DNA of 63,539 nucleotides, the filler included, from Nemertoderma westbladi (taxonomy: Eukaryota; Animalia; Xenacoelomorpha), in NCBI GenBank assembly GCA_032718475.1. It is 3 parts of 3 records of this genome, joined end to end, with 100 filler letters (N's around TTAATTAATTAA, not from the genome) between each part and the next. Parts side by side here need not be neighbours in the genome. Positions count along the whole stretch, not along the records: positions 29,324 to 58,540 come from JAUCBJ010005317.1; positions 58,641 to 63,539 come from JAUCBJ010004218.1; 1 more part is not named here. One strand, written 5' to 3'. A model generated the notes under the pieces. That model ran no database searches, was not told where the DNA came from, and was given only the letters and a program-made list of their open reading frames with translations. Below, one piece after another: positions 49,510 to 61,600 of the stretch. The number at the start of each line of letters is the position of its first letter. Within the stretch, counting starts at the first letter, position 1. Made by a program: the position numbers and the translations under genes.

Positions 49510-50771
49510 CAGGGTTGATAAAAATCATGATTTTTAAAAAAACATCAAAAAAATCAGATTTTTTTGATTTAAATCAGATTTTTTTGATTTAAATCAGATT
49601 TTTATGATTTAAATCGGGTGACTACAAAGCAAAGACCCAATTAACAAAGACCTGTACAAAACACATCTGTTAACTTTCGTTTATTGTTTTGGTTCCCCCA
49701 ACACGCTTCTGTAACCTGCTCCTTTACTAACCTGCTCCTGTAAATGGCAATGGTACCTAATGCTCTATATGGCAATGGGACCTAACGCCCTTTGGGACGT
49801 AACGCATCTTTACCTCTTTGTTTTGTAGAGTTCCCAAAGCTCATTATGTTACATTGCCATTTAAAGTAACAGGTTAGTAAAGGAGCATGTTACAGAGGCT
49901 TGTTGACCAAAACAATAAACGAAAGTTAACACATGTTTCAAGATTATGCAGGTCTTTATTATTTGGGTCTTTGGTCTTTGTTTTGTAGTCACCCATTTAA
50001 ATCACATTTTTTTATTTAAATCAGAATTTATATGAAAACATTGTGAAGACTTCTCGCTTTATCAATGCCCTCTTGTTTAAACGGGATCCCGATCCTTGTA
50101 CCGAAACACCGGGATCCCAGCGAAATAACCAATCCCGATTCCGACTTTTTTGGAACGGGATCCCGAAGTTTAAAGTGTTAAATAAATTTGTTGAACATCT
50201 AAAAAAAGTTCCAGCAGAATGGAAATGTTTTGATTATATCTAATTTTTATTTCAGTAAACCATTCAGTAATAAATTATAAGATATTATAATATAACTTTA
50301 TCTTACTAATATTTCAGAAGTGTAAAATAAAGTGAGTGTTACCGAAAACTCGCCACATATACTATGAACTTTAATGAATTTAATCCAAAATTACACGGGA
50401 TCTCGAGAGTGATAATCCCGGTCCCGGTCCCGATCCCGGAAATCCTGAAACGTCTGAATTCGAATATAAACTAAATAAACAAAAAACTGAATAGGACTCT
50501 AAACTACAACTTAATTAATGGTCCTGTGTATACTGTATGGTATTGAAAATGCGAGCGACATGATACTGTATTTTCATGTAAATATTTAGGTAATTTGAAT
50601 CATTTATTAATAATCAATAATGCAATGTTAATCCTGGCCTTAAAGCATGGTTGATAAAATTCATGATATTAAAAAAATCAAAAAAATCTGATTTTTTTGA
50701 TTTTTATATGTGATTTAAATCATGATTTAAATCAATGATTTAAATCAAATGATTTAAATCAAACAACCCTG
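49510..50771. mobile_element. hAT-type MITE inserted in the 52-bp satellite
   Basis: CAGGGTTG / CAACCCTG termini; 8-bp TSD ACTGAAAC (49502-49509, 50772-50779); GATTTAAATC subterminal repeats. Confidence 0.93.
49616..49994. mobile_element. Mutator-like palindromic MITE nested in the hAT MITE
   Basis: GGGTGACTACAAA / TTTGTAGTCACCC termini; 9-bp TSD ATTTAAATC (49607-49615, 49995-50003). Confidence 0.92.
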
Positions 50772-52050
50772 ACTGAAACAATCTATTGAAACGTTTTTAA
50801 GAGACCTTCATGCAGTTGCAGCATGTTGGATACTGAAACAATCTATTGATGAAACGTTTAAGAGACCTTCATGCAGCACTTTGGATACTGAAACAATATA
50901 TTGAAACGTAAGAGACCTTCATGCAGCACGTTGGATACTGAAACAATCTAGTGAAACGTAAGATACCTTCATGCAGCACGTTGGATACTGAAACAATCTA
51001 TTGAAACGTTTAAGATACCATTGTGCAGCACTTTGGATACTGAAACAATCTATTGAAACGTTTAAGATACATTCATGCAGCACGTTGGATACTGAAACAA
51101 TCTGTTGATACGTTTAAGAGACCTTTGTGCAGCACATTGGATACTGAAACAATCTATTGGAACGTTTAAGATACCTTCATGCAGCACGTTGGATACTGAA
51201 ACAATATGTTGAAACGTTTAAGAGACCTTTGTGCAGCACATTGGATACTGAAACAATCTATTGAAACGTTTAAGATTCCTTCATGCAGCACGTTGGATAC
51301 TGAAACAATCTGTTGAAATGTAAAGAGACCTTCGCGAGTTCGCGCAGTATGTGAGATACTGAAACAATCCGTTGAAATGTCCAAGAGTCAACAATCTGTT
51401 GAAACGTTTAAGAAACAGACCTTCATGCAGTACGTTGGATACTGAAAAAATCTATTGAAATGTTTAAGAGACCTTCGCGCAGTATGTGAGATACTTAAAC
51501 AATCCGTTGAAACATTTAAGAGACCTCCGTGCAGCATGTGGGGGTGGGGTACTCTGTAACAATCTATTGAAACATTTAAGATACCTTCGCCCAGTATCAG
51601 AGTATCCAGTATATAGGATACTGAAACAATTCGTTGAAATGTGTAAGAAAGAATAATCTGGTGAAACGTTTAAGAGACCTTCATGCAGCACATTGGATTT
51701 GGATACTGAAACAATCTATTGAAACGTTTAATAGACCTTCATGCATCACGTTGGATACTGAAACAATCTATTGATGAAACGTTTCAGAGACCTTCGTGCA
51801 GCACATTGGATACTGAAACAATCTATTGAAACGTAAGAGACCTTCATCCAGCACATTGGATACTGAAACAATCAATTGAAACGTTTAAGAGACCTTTGGG
51901 CGCAGTATGTGAGATACTGAAACAATCTGTTGAAACGTTTAAGAGACAGAGAGACCTTCGTGCAGCACGTTTGATACTGAAACAATCTGTTGAAACGTTT
52001 AAGAGACCTTCGCCCCCCCCCCCCCCCCCGTACTGGTTGGGACTTAGATA

Positions 52051-52702
52051 TAGGGCTCGATCGGAGCTCCGGCCATTTTGGCACCTCCGGCTCCTGCTCC
52101 GGCTCCGGTAACAATATTGCCGGAGTTAATTTTTTAATAAAGTATTATATTTCGTGCATATTCTAATCTGAACAATTATTTACACTATAAGTACAGAAGT
52201 ACTGTAGTACAGCTTCAATGTCAATCATAATACTGCAGTATTTACTTAAAGTCAATGACTGACTGACTGTTGACTGTTCTGCAGTACTGGTACTGGTGAT
52301 TGGCCAGCTGGCTGACTAGCAGACTATTACAGATAGGCCCTACTGTAAAAAGTTGTAAATGCTATGATTGTACACTGTCGATTTGCATATTGTACACTGT
52401 CGATGAATGATTTACTGCTGTCATGCCAGCATACTGTACTGCAGTACTGGTACACGTACGGTAGGCTACCTACAGCTACAGTACACACCTCTACCACAAT
52501 TAGACTATAAATTATGAAATTAATAAGACCTACAGTACGATTGATTATGAGCGATTGGCGAACGATAACCATACTTTATTTATATATTTTTTAATAAATA
52601 ATTAAATTTTTAAAATTTTTGAAAAACTCCGGCTCCGGCTCCGGCCAAATTGTCCAACTCCTGCTCCGGCTCCGGCCAAATCCCAACTCCGATCGAGCCA
52701 TA
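52051..52702. mobile_element. hAT-type MITE related to 36882-37571
   Basis: TAGGGCTCGATCGGAG / CTCCGATCGAGCCATA termini, CTCCGG repeats; TSD not preserved. Confidence 0.8.
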
Positions 52703-53359
52703 CTAACCAGTGGTTAGGCAACTGTTGTATACTTTCTTTTTCTGTTGTATGGTTCAGTGGTTAGTAACCACTGAACCATCTGACCATACAATAGAAAAAG
52801 AAAGGCGAGCGACAGAGTGAAGCAAGCCAAAATTTTTAAACAGCTAATGCAATTTTTAAGGCACTTCCATAGCCTAACTGCCTAATTGTTAAACCTGTAA
52901 ACTAAGAAATCGGCGCCGGTTTTTATTTTTGGGAGCGCCATGGGCCAAAGCCGGCGCGCTTTACGATTTTCGAGCACGCCACGCGCCAAAGTCGGCGCGC
53001 TTTACGATTTTCGAGCGCGCCACATTGGCGCGCTTTTATTGCAAAGTGCGCCGGATTAATCCGGCGCAAAGTGTATGGATTCCAGTCTGGGGCTGACCCC
53101 AGTTTAAGTGGGGAGTGGGCCTGGTTTAATTAAAACCAGAAGCTGCAGAGGCGTAACATAGCAGCATAGGCAGATAAGGGCAAGCCTAGTTTGCATTGTG
53201 AATTAGGTAGGCTGGTAGGCCTATTAATACATATTTTCCTCTGTTTTAACTATACACTCACTATTTGTATATTAATTCGATAATACGTAGGCCTATAGTA
53301 TAAACTAGCGTTAGACTGGAGCCAGATTTTTGCCGGAGCAGGAACCGGACCAGGGTTGC

Positions 53360-54540
53360 CAGTTTTACAACAACTAATAGCAGAGGGGAAACAATTTCTA
53401 AATGAAGGCACCAATGCGGACTCTGAATTCATAGAAAACATTCGCAATAAACTATATTCATACAACAATATAAAAATCGAAGATTTTAATCAACAAATCA
53501 CAGACAAAATATCTGATGACGATGAATATGAGGAAGAAATAGAAAATTATATTAAATTCCAGGAGGCTATAATGGACGGGACGTCTCCATTAGTTTAACA
53601 AATTAGCTTAAAAGACTCCAAGAAAACCCATCGCCATCATCAACTTCCGTCAGAAATACAATGACAACCCCACGCCCTGTTTCAACCGCCATTGCCCCAC
53701 AACTGGTATCTACTGCTAGTTTTGCGGACTTTTTGCATTGGGAACAAAGGTGGGCAGATTTCTATGAATGCCAACATTTAGCACGCCAATCTATTGAAAC
53801 ACAACGTGCAACAATACGGTTATGTTTCGATGACGAAATATTACGTTTTATTCAACGTGGCATTATTGCTATCCCAGACGAACCAACATTAAGTGATTTC
53901 ATAACGGCAGTCCGAATATTTATTCGACATCATAGAAATATTATTTTGGACCGGATGGCGTTTTACCAACGTTCACAAGAACAAGGTGAACCATTTAACG
54001 AATATTTAGATTCTATACAAGAACTACAGTACATGTGGCCTCAGATTTTGCTGTTTCAATTTCAACAGTTTCTAGAACCGTTTCAACGGATTCAATGAGA
54101 GAACAGTTCTTATTACAATATCCTAATGTCTTAGATGCTAGTTCATTACCCCTTATGTCAGGACCTTCAATGGCCATCCAATTAAAACCAGAACCAGCTC
54201 CATATAATGTTAATGGGACCAGGACCATTCCATATGCTTATCGAGATCAGATAATTCTCCAACTCGATGATAAGGAAGGGAAGGGAGTCATTGAAAGAGT
54301 AACTCAACCTTGTAATTAGTGTCACCCTGTTGTTATTGTTGATAAGCCCCACTCCACTGAAAAAAGAATGACAGTGGATCCTACTCACCTCAACAATCAG
54401 GTAAACACATCCCTGTGTAACCCAAAAGGACGCAAGATCAGGAATCCAACGAGGTTCTTCATACTTTACCACAATCGGCTAGACGTGGATGTTGGCAAGT
54501 TCCTTTAGATGAGAAATCAAGGACATTAACTACATCCATA
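53360..54540 (+). mobile_element. Decayed Ty3/Gypsy LTR retrotransposon gag and RT-start fragment
   Basis: gag-like WEQRWADF...FYQRSQEQGEPFNEYL; pol-like RTIPYAYRDQI..QLD..KGVIERV, HPVVIVDKP, MTVD.THLN and GCWQVPLDEKSRTLTT; stops and a large internal deletion. Confidence 0.85.
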
Positions 54541-56377
54541 CAGCAGTCCTCTTAATCATTTTCCAAACCTCAAAACACTACCAGTAGGCCAGTACCGTAC
54601 GACATGGGATGATGACTAAAATCAAATTTGTTGTTCTGATATAATTGTGGACCATAATAATAATCTACCGTTCGTTTAATAATGTTATGTCTCCTACAGT
54701 ATATAGTACGTGGCATTCATTCTAAGTTACCGTAGTGGTTAGCTATATCAATATCGACCCATTTTCATACTGTTTTGTTTTATTTTTAGCATATTGTAAC
54801 GGTAAAACTGGCAGGGTGGTCTATATAATAACAACTGAACTAGGCTCGGCTCAGTCATGCCTACCGGTATATAGCTGATTCATTATTTAGAATTATCGGT
54901 AGAATTTAAAATTAAATTATATAATATATATTATATTATATCTATATCAAATATTATATATTTTATACCAGTATGCATTGTCAAAGAATATAAAATATAG
55001 CTTACAACGGACAACTTTATATGACACAGTACCTCTTTGCAAAGGAGAACTATATATTATAGTTTATTCAGTAGACTGAGCTATATGTTTAAATAATATA
55101 TGATGGCTAACGAAAAGGTGAGATATATTTTCGTATATTCTGTATCGCTATAGACATATTTTAAAATTGTATATATGTTACCGGTATAGTAAAGAGAAAT
55201 ACATATTATATTTATATATGTAGGAATACGCAATACACGTACTATATATGGCCTATCCCTATATAATTTTATATAGATATCATAGTCTATACTTTTGGGA
55301 AATAAAGTTCTCCCTGCTTGCCCTCATAATTAATAGTATTCACAGTCAGACAGTGTTTACCAGCCATAGAGATCTGCTGTAAAAATTTGCATAGAGCAAA
55401 ACATACCCGGCTGCCCGGTACCGGTACGGTATTGATTTATACATTTTAGGGGTTATCACACTCACTAGAGACGTCTCGCAGGTTACAATAGTGGTGACCC
55501 AAAGCCTAATTAAATTAAAGAAATAATTGAGCCCTACAGAAAGTCATTAGTCACTAATCTAAGAAATTTTGTGGAATTTCGAAAATTACTATTGGCCCTA
55601 CAAACCTAATAATATATGTTTTGCAGTTAGTAGGCCAATTTACTAAACCTAAAACATCCCAATCTTTTAAATAGCCTCCGTGATAAGGCCGCACGTTTTC
55701 CTTATAAAAAGTGGAGCCTGTAGTGTGATAGAGCCCGTTTTTGTATTTCCTTTTCCGTATTCGTACAGACAGTTTTCACCCATGTTTCGCCATATCTTTC
55801 TCATATATTTCTCCCCCTTTTGCCTTTGTAAGTGTCATGTACTCTGTAGTCCAATATACTGTTTGTTAATTGTTAACCAAATTAAGCTTGTTTGAATACC
55901 ACTTGTTATACATATTTTTTCCAACGTATTTTCTTGGACATACTGCCCAAATTACAATTTTAATTTTCCATTTTATATTATGCTGTAAAATACTAGTTCT
56001 TTTTGTTAATTGTGGTGTTAGTTAGGCTATTTATTCCTTTTCTCTTCCTAAATTCAGGGAAAAAATACAGAAAATTTTACACAAATATTTATTATATAAT
56101 AAATATATATATTTTATAGTATATATACCTGTATTTGTAAATGAGATATTGGGCCAGATAGTCATAAAGTGGACAATCATAAAAGAGTAGGTAACAGCGA
56201 AATAGCTATGTAACAGACTAGCTCACAAGGATAGTATATCGTTGTATATTTGTTAATCTTAATGGCTAGATTGGCTGCATGGATTTCATTTTTATTGTTT
56301 TTAAACGTCAGATATTGTCAATGTCACATTCTAATGAAATTAATTTTTACTTGTATTTACCGGACCGTTTCGAGGTA

Positions 56378-56710
56378 CTGGTGTATCAGAGAATTTCCAC
56401 CCTATTTTCACCCCCGTTTAGAATTCACTAGTGTATTTTATCCGGGGGTGAAACTACTCTGGGTGATTTTTTAGTGAAATTTAACCCCCTCAGTGTATTG
56501 TTACCCCCTTGATATTTTAAATTTCAATATAATTTAAATTCGATATAAGCCTACAGTAAGTGGGCAGACCTTTAGGACACAGACAAACACACGCTGGAGA
56601 TTTGTATATACAGTAGTGTAGATGTAGAAGGTACAAAAAAATACTCACCCCTGGAGTGAGAATACACTAGGGAATTTTAGCCGTGGAGTGAAAATTCTCT
56701 ATTACACCGG
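56378..56710. mobile_element. Short MITE with C(T/C)GGTGTA termini
   Basis: CTGGTGTATCAGAGAATTT / AAATTCTCTATTACACCGG; TA flanks. Confidence 0.75.
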
Positions 56711-57145
56711 TACGGTATGCAATTTTTTTAATTTTCCAAATTTTGATTTAAAAATATGCCACCCATCTCTTTAAAATGCTTTCTTTGACATTTTTGCATG
56801 AAAGATAGTTCGTGAAAGAAAGTGGTCTGCTACTGTCTTTTGCTATTCCACTACTTTCCAATATTTTTACTAGATGCCAAAGTGCCACTGATGTACCGGT
56901 AACCTACTCCTCGTCTTGTGGTGATTTGCGTCAACCCGTCAAATGCCCCTAACTTTATGAATTAATTTTAATACCGGATCATTTTCTCTTATTACTAGTT
57001 CAGCAGTGTGAAAATTGTAGGGCCTGCCCTATATTAAAATTTGAAATATTATAGCTGACCATAGTCTGTTTCATTCATCCACTTCCACATATATACTGAA
57101 AAATTTTATAACATGGACTCAGGATCGGTTGTCTCCCTATTTTAG

Positions 57146-57314
57146 GGTGGTGATTCAGAGAAAGAAGCTTTGAAAGGAAACTCTACTGCCATCAAAACTG
57201 TTCAGAAACCAAAGAATTTTGCGGCAAAAGTACGACAGCAATGGGATGATTTCCGGGACTTTTTATGGAATTCTGAGAAGAAGGAAGTTTTAGGAAGAGG
57301 TGGACTCAGTTGGG
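57146..57314 (+). CDS. ATP1B: Na+/K+-ATPase beta subunit, N-terminal cytoplasmic exon (partial gene)
   Basis: Acceptor CTCCCTATTTTAG; translation GGDSEKEALKG...QQWDDFRDFLWNSEKKEVLGRGGLSW matches the beta-subunit motif [21 protein letters not shown]; phase-1 GTTAGT donor after SW; absent from the ORF track; other exons not located. Confidence 0.88.
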
Positions 57315-57875
57315 GTTAGTTTGTTTATTATAATATCGGATGAGAGTTGTTTGTGTGCCGTAATGCAGCATTACGGTATATACTAGTACTGGTGCTCGTA
57401 AGTATTTCGTCTGATATAGGCCTAATATCATTAACAATGATGTTCTGATCCATATGATTGATATGAACACACTGATTGATGAATAATATGGACTGTAAAT
57501 CTTGTTGGTACCGATACCGGTATATAAGATTGGGATTACATGCAATCCTTATGATTCCTACACAACCATTTTCATCCTTGTTTTTTCCCTTGCCGAAAAA
57601 ATGATCTATATAAATAACATTCCACATAAAATAAAAACAGTACACCGTGTCCAATCAGCATGCCACAGCTAGATTGCACCCATCTTCAACCCTTTCTTTG
57701 GTTTACCGGTTGTATTTTGAATAATATATAGGCCTAGGGTGCGTTACGTTACACCAAATATCCAATAACATCTCCAACTGTTCCCTTCTCACTCCTATAA
57801 ACACTGGTGTCCCCGTCCCTAAACCTAATTCAAACTGTTAAACCACTAAATTGATATGATATCTCGGCATTTAAT

Positions 57876-57909
<34 letters not shown>

Positions 57910-58540
57910 GCGAGTAGCGACCCCCTGTTTTTGCAATTTAAAAATTTTTTTATAACCCCATCATGTGCCGAATTTAATGACGATTTCAAATCTGCAAGCA
58001 TTTTTCTCATATCTTTTCTCAAACTCGAGTAATTAGTCAAAAAGTAGTTAGTCTGTATTTTATTGACAAGCCTTCTAGCAGCGCGATGATATGAATAAAA
58101 TTGCGAAATGGTTGTTTTATATGTTATATTTTTAGCTATGATGAAAAATTTCATTGAACTTGAACAAAGAACGATGGAATTACCTAAATAGCTGGAAACG
58201 AACAATTCTTTATGAAGTCAGTTGAAATTTGGAACAGAGATTCAATTCAAAATATGCTTGTTACTAAGGCAATATATCAATTTGGCTACAAAAGCTTTGG
58301 GGTTATTTTAGGCCTTTTTCTGTATTAAATGGCCCGAGATAAATTTCAGCCAAAATGTTCGATTGCTATGGATGCAACCATGAATTGAACCGATTCAACA
58401 AATCTGACTCAATAAAGTCAAAATTATTCAAGAAATAATAGCCTTTTTGGCAAAAAGGCCCTTTTGGCCGCTAAAGTGGCATTTTTGGGCCTTTTTGAAC
58501 AAAATTGGATTGGGCGTTCTTAAACTCCCCAGACGATGTA

Positions 58541-58640
58541 NNNNNNNNNNNNNNNNNNNNNNNNNNNNNNNNNNNNNNNNNNNNTTAATTAATTAANNNN
58601 NNNNNNNNNNNNNNNNNNNNNNNNNNNNNNNNNNNNNNNN
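58541..58640. other. Assembly gap with artificial TTAATTAATTAA linker
   Basis: Same 100-bp construct as 29224-29323. Confidence 0.97.
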
Positions 58641-61600
58641 ATGCCACGCAGTTGCGCAGGGAGAAGCGGGGGTGAATAAACCCAGAGAGGGTAGAACTAG
58701 CGCGTCGACTAGAAGGGAATGCGGGGGCGAAGTAAGAGGTGACGGATGGGGGGGGGGCTACGGGCTCCCCCCCACAAGCGATTAACGGAGAGAGGGGGGG
58801 GGGGCAGAGAATGTCCCACGAGCGTCGACGGGTAATGTGCGCGGTGAGTTGAGTGAACCGTGGCACCCGTCGGCGGGCGAGAGGGGGGGGGGCAGAGAAT
58901 GTCCCACGAGCGTCGGTGGACAATGCGCGCGGTGAGTTAAGTGAACCGTGGCACCCGACAACAAAGGATAATAGGGGGACTGCGAATATCCTCAGGGCCG
59001 TCCAACCGGGCAGAGGGAGAGACGTTGGTGCCGTGAGCGGCCGAACGGGGAAACGTCGAGCCCAGTCGGAAGACGGAAGAAGAACAGTGGAGTTTATCTG
59101 GGAGGTCGAAGCGAGATCTCATGAGGGAGAACACTGCACTGGAAACGGACGAGGCGAAGGGGAGCAAGGAAGCGTTGCTACAGGCAACAAGAGGGGAAGG
59201 ACGGACAGTGAACCATCGATAGTCGAGATGGAGACAGAGAGCCAGTGGGGTCGTACTCCGGGAGATTGCCATCGCCCTGGAGAAACACAACCTGGTGAAA
59301 TATACCACACACCAGGAGAGGGGTACAGAGTGTACCGTTACGAGGATGAAGACAGGAGAGGGGATCGGAGAGAAAGTTCCCGTCGGAACATAGCTGCCAA
59401 TCGAGAATATGGTAGTTGCGGGGAGGACTTCTCGGAATACTCGAGAAGATTAAACTTCGGTCCGGAAGGAGACAGGCAGACTGCAGGACATACTGTAGGC
59501 CTTACTGCACATACTATAGGCCATGCTGGGAGAGATAGTGTAGGCGATAGGGTAGCGCGAATGATGGGATTAAACCCGGAGGTCGCGGCGTACATACCAG
59601 TCGATAGGCAAGAAACCGATAGGCCTATACTGGTACCTGCACACCAGTATTACTATAACATGCAGGGACATAATATATACCCAGGGGAGGGGAGAGATAT
59701 TGCCGATAGGTGTATGGGCCCCAACATGATAACATCAACCCCAGTACCAAACATAACACCGGTGGGGGGGGGGGGGGGGGGACAGGGTGACATTCCCCCA
59801 TTACAGTATCAGCAATACACGTAACCAAAAACAAGAACCCCGAACCCCTCAGACCCAAATAAATCGTGCGACACAGAGATATGGAGGGGACCGTTACCCC
59901 CAATGATATATCCCACGCAAGGAAAGTCGACGGGCCTGACGGGTGAACAGCATCCAACAGCAAGGGAGTCTGTATCCCTACCATCGAGCGCGCTGGAAGT
60001 ACAAGCGATGGGAATGGCAACACTCATTGACGCGCTGAAGTCTAGGATCGAGCTGCCGCCAGTGGAGCCCTTCAAATTCGATGGTAGTAAGCCGGAGGAA
60101 TATCTGCAATTCCGGCGCATGCACAGCAATGAAATCTTATCGAAAAACCTGACGCAGGCGGAGTGCCTTAAATACTTACAAGTCTACACAGGGGGACAGC
60201 ATACGATATCGTGAGACAATACCAAGGTATTGAAGGAGGATTCATGACTGCATGGCGAGCCCTGGACAGGGAATTCGGGCATCCTGCGAAGATTATCCGA
60301 CAAACCTTTTAAGGGGAATAACATCAGGTGGACCCCAGGACAACCCTATCAGCATCAAAACCTTCGCAAACAAAGTAGAAAAGGCGCTAATAGTATTAAA
60401 GACCCTGGATGCACCTTACAAACTCAATGCATCAAACAACATCACTACAATAGCGCACTCACTGCCGATCTGGCTGAGAAACAAGTGGAGAAAGATCGCT
60501 TTCTCCACTCGAGAGAGGAAAGGTGCGGAGCCAGGGCTGGAGGAGATGTCGAACTTCCTTAACTACGAAGCGGAATTGATCACAGACCGACCGTGATACG
60601 TGAAGCGCTATACAAGGAACGCTACAATCCCAATTACAAATGGAGGTACAAACGAGGTAGGAGGACACAGATTTGCCGAGTGCAAGGAACCACCAGTAAA
60701 ATACGACGAGGTTGATGGAAATGGAGGCCAAACGATGGCGACAAGCACCACGGGAGTGAAGAAAAGGGGAACGGTACTACTCAGGGTGGTACCGGTGAGG
60801 ATAATAGGAGAGGATGAGCTGTCGGTCACGACACTAATGTTGGTCGACAGCGGAGCAGCGTTCACGCTAGCAGAAAGTTGGGTGGCCGAAAAGATAGGGT
60901 TGCGGACGAGGCCAAGCAAAATGGCTGTAACCACTATCTCGAGTAAGGACGAGCTCTCGAGGATGAGAACGGGGCATTGCGAAATATCAGCGATAACACT
61001 GGGGTGCGATTATGGGGCTACCATCAATCCCATTCAAATAATAGAATCGATTAATATAAACGCCAGGCGGCCCATAAAGATTGAGGTCGAGCAATACCCG
61101 TACCTGGGTGAGATCGATTTCTCCGTACCCGAACTGGATGTCCCGAAAGTATCTCTCATAGTCGGCATGGATTGCCTGACAGCCCACGAGATACTACAGA
61201 CCGTATTCGGTGAGGATAGGGAGCAAGACCCGATGGTGATTCTCACGCCATTGGATGGACGCTCAGTGGCCAAATTAAGACCAGAATCCTCAGGGTGCAT
61301 GTTCGTGGGCACAATGAAGGAAATGAAGGATGAAGGAGCAGAGGAACAACTCAAGAGGCTGCTGCGGCAGGACTTCGAGGGGTTGAAGGAGACCGGGGTC
61401 GGGACCTTGGTGGAGGATAAACAGGCGCTGGAGAGCGTGAAGAACTTGATGAAGTGTAAAGGAGGGCGGTATACCATAGGGATGGTATGGAAACAACTGT
61501 TACCATTACCAGATAACAAGAGGATGGTCTTGACGAGGCTTCGAAAGTTGAAGCAGACACTCAAACGGAGCCCAGAAAAGGATGAAAACATCCACAAGAC

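Larger units (their letters stand above)
49150..52010. repeat. ~52-bp satellite, interrupted by a hAT MITE
   Basis: Unit GGATACTGAAACAATCTATTGAAACGTTTAAGAGACCTTCATGCAGCACGTT at 49150-49509 and 50772-52010. Confidence 0.95.
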
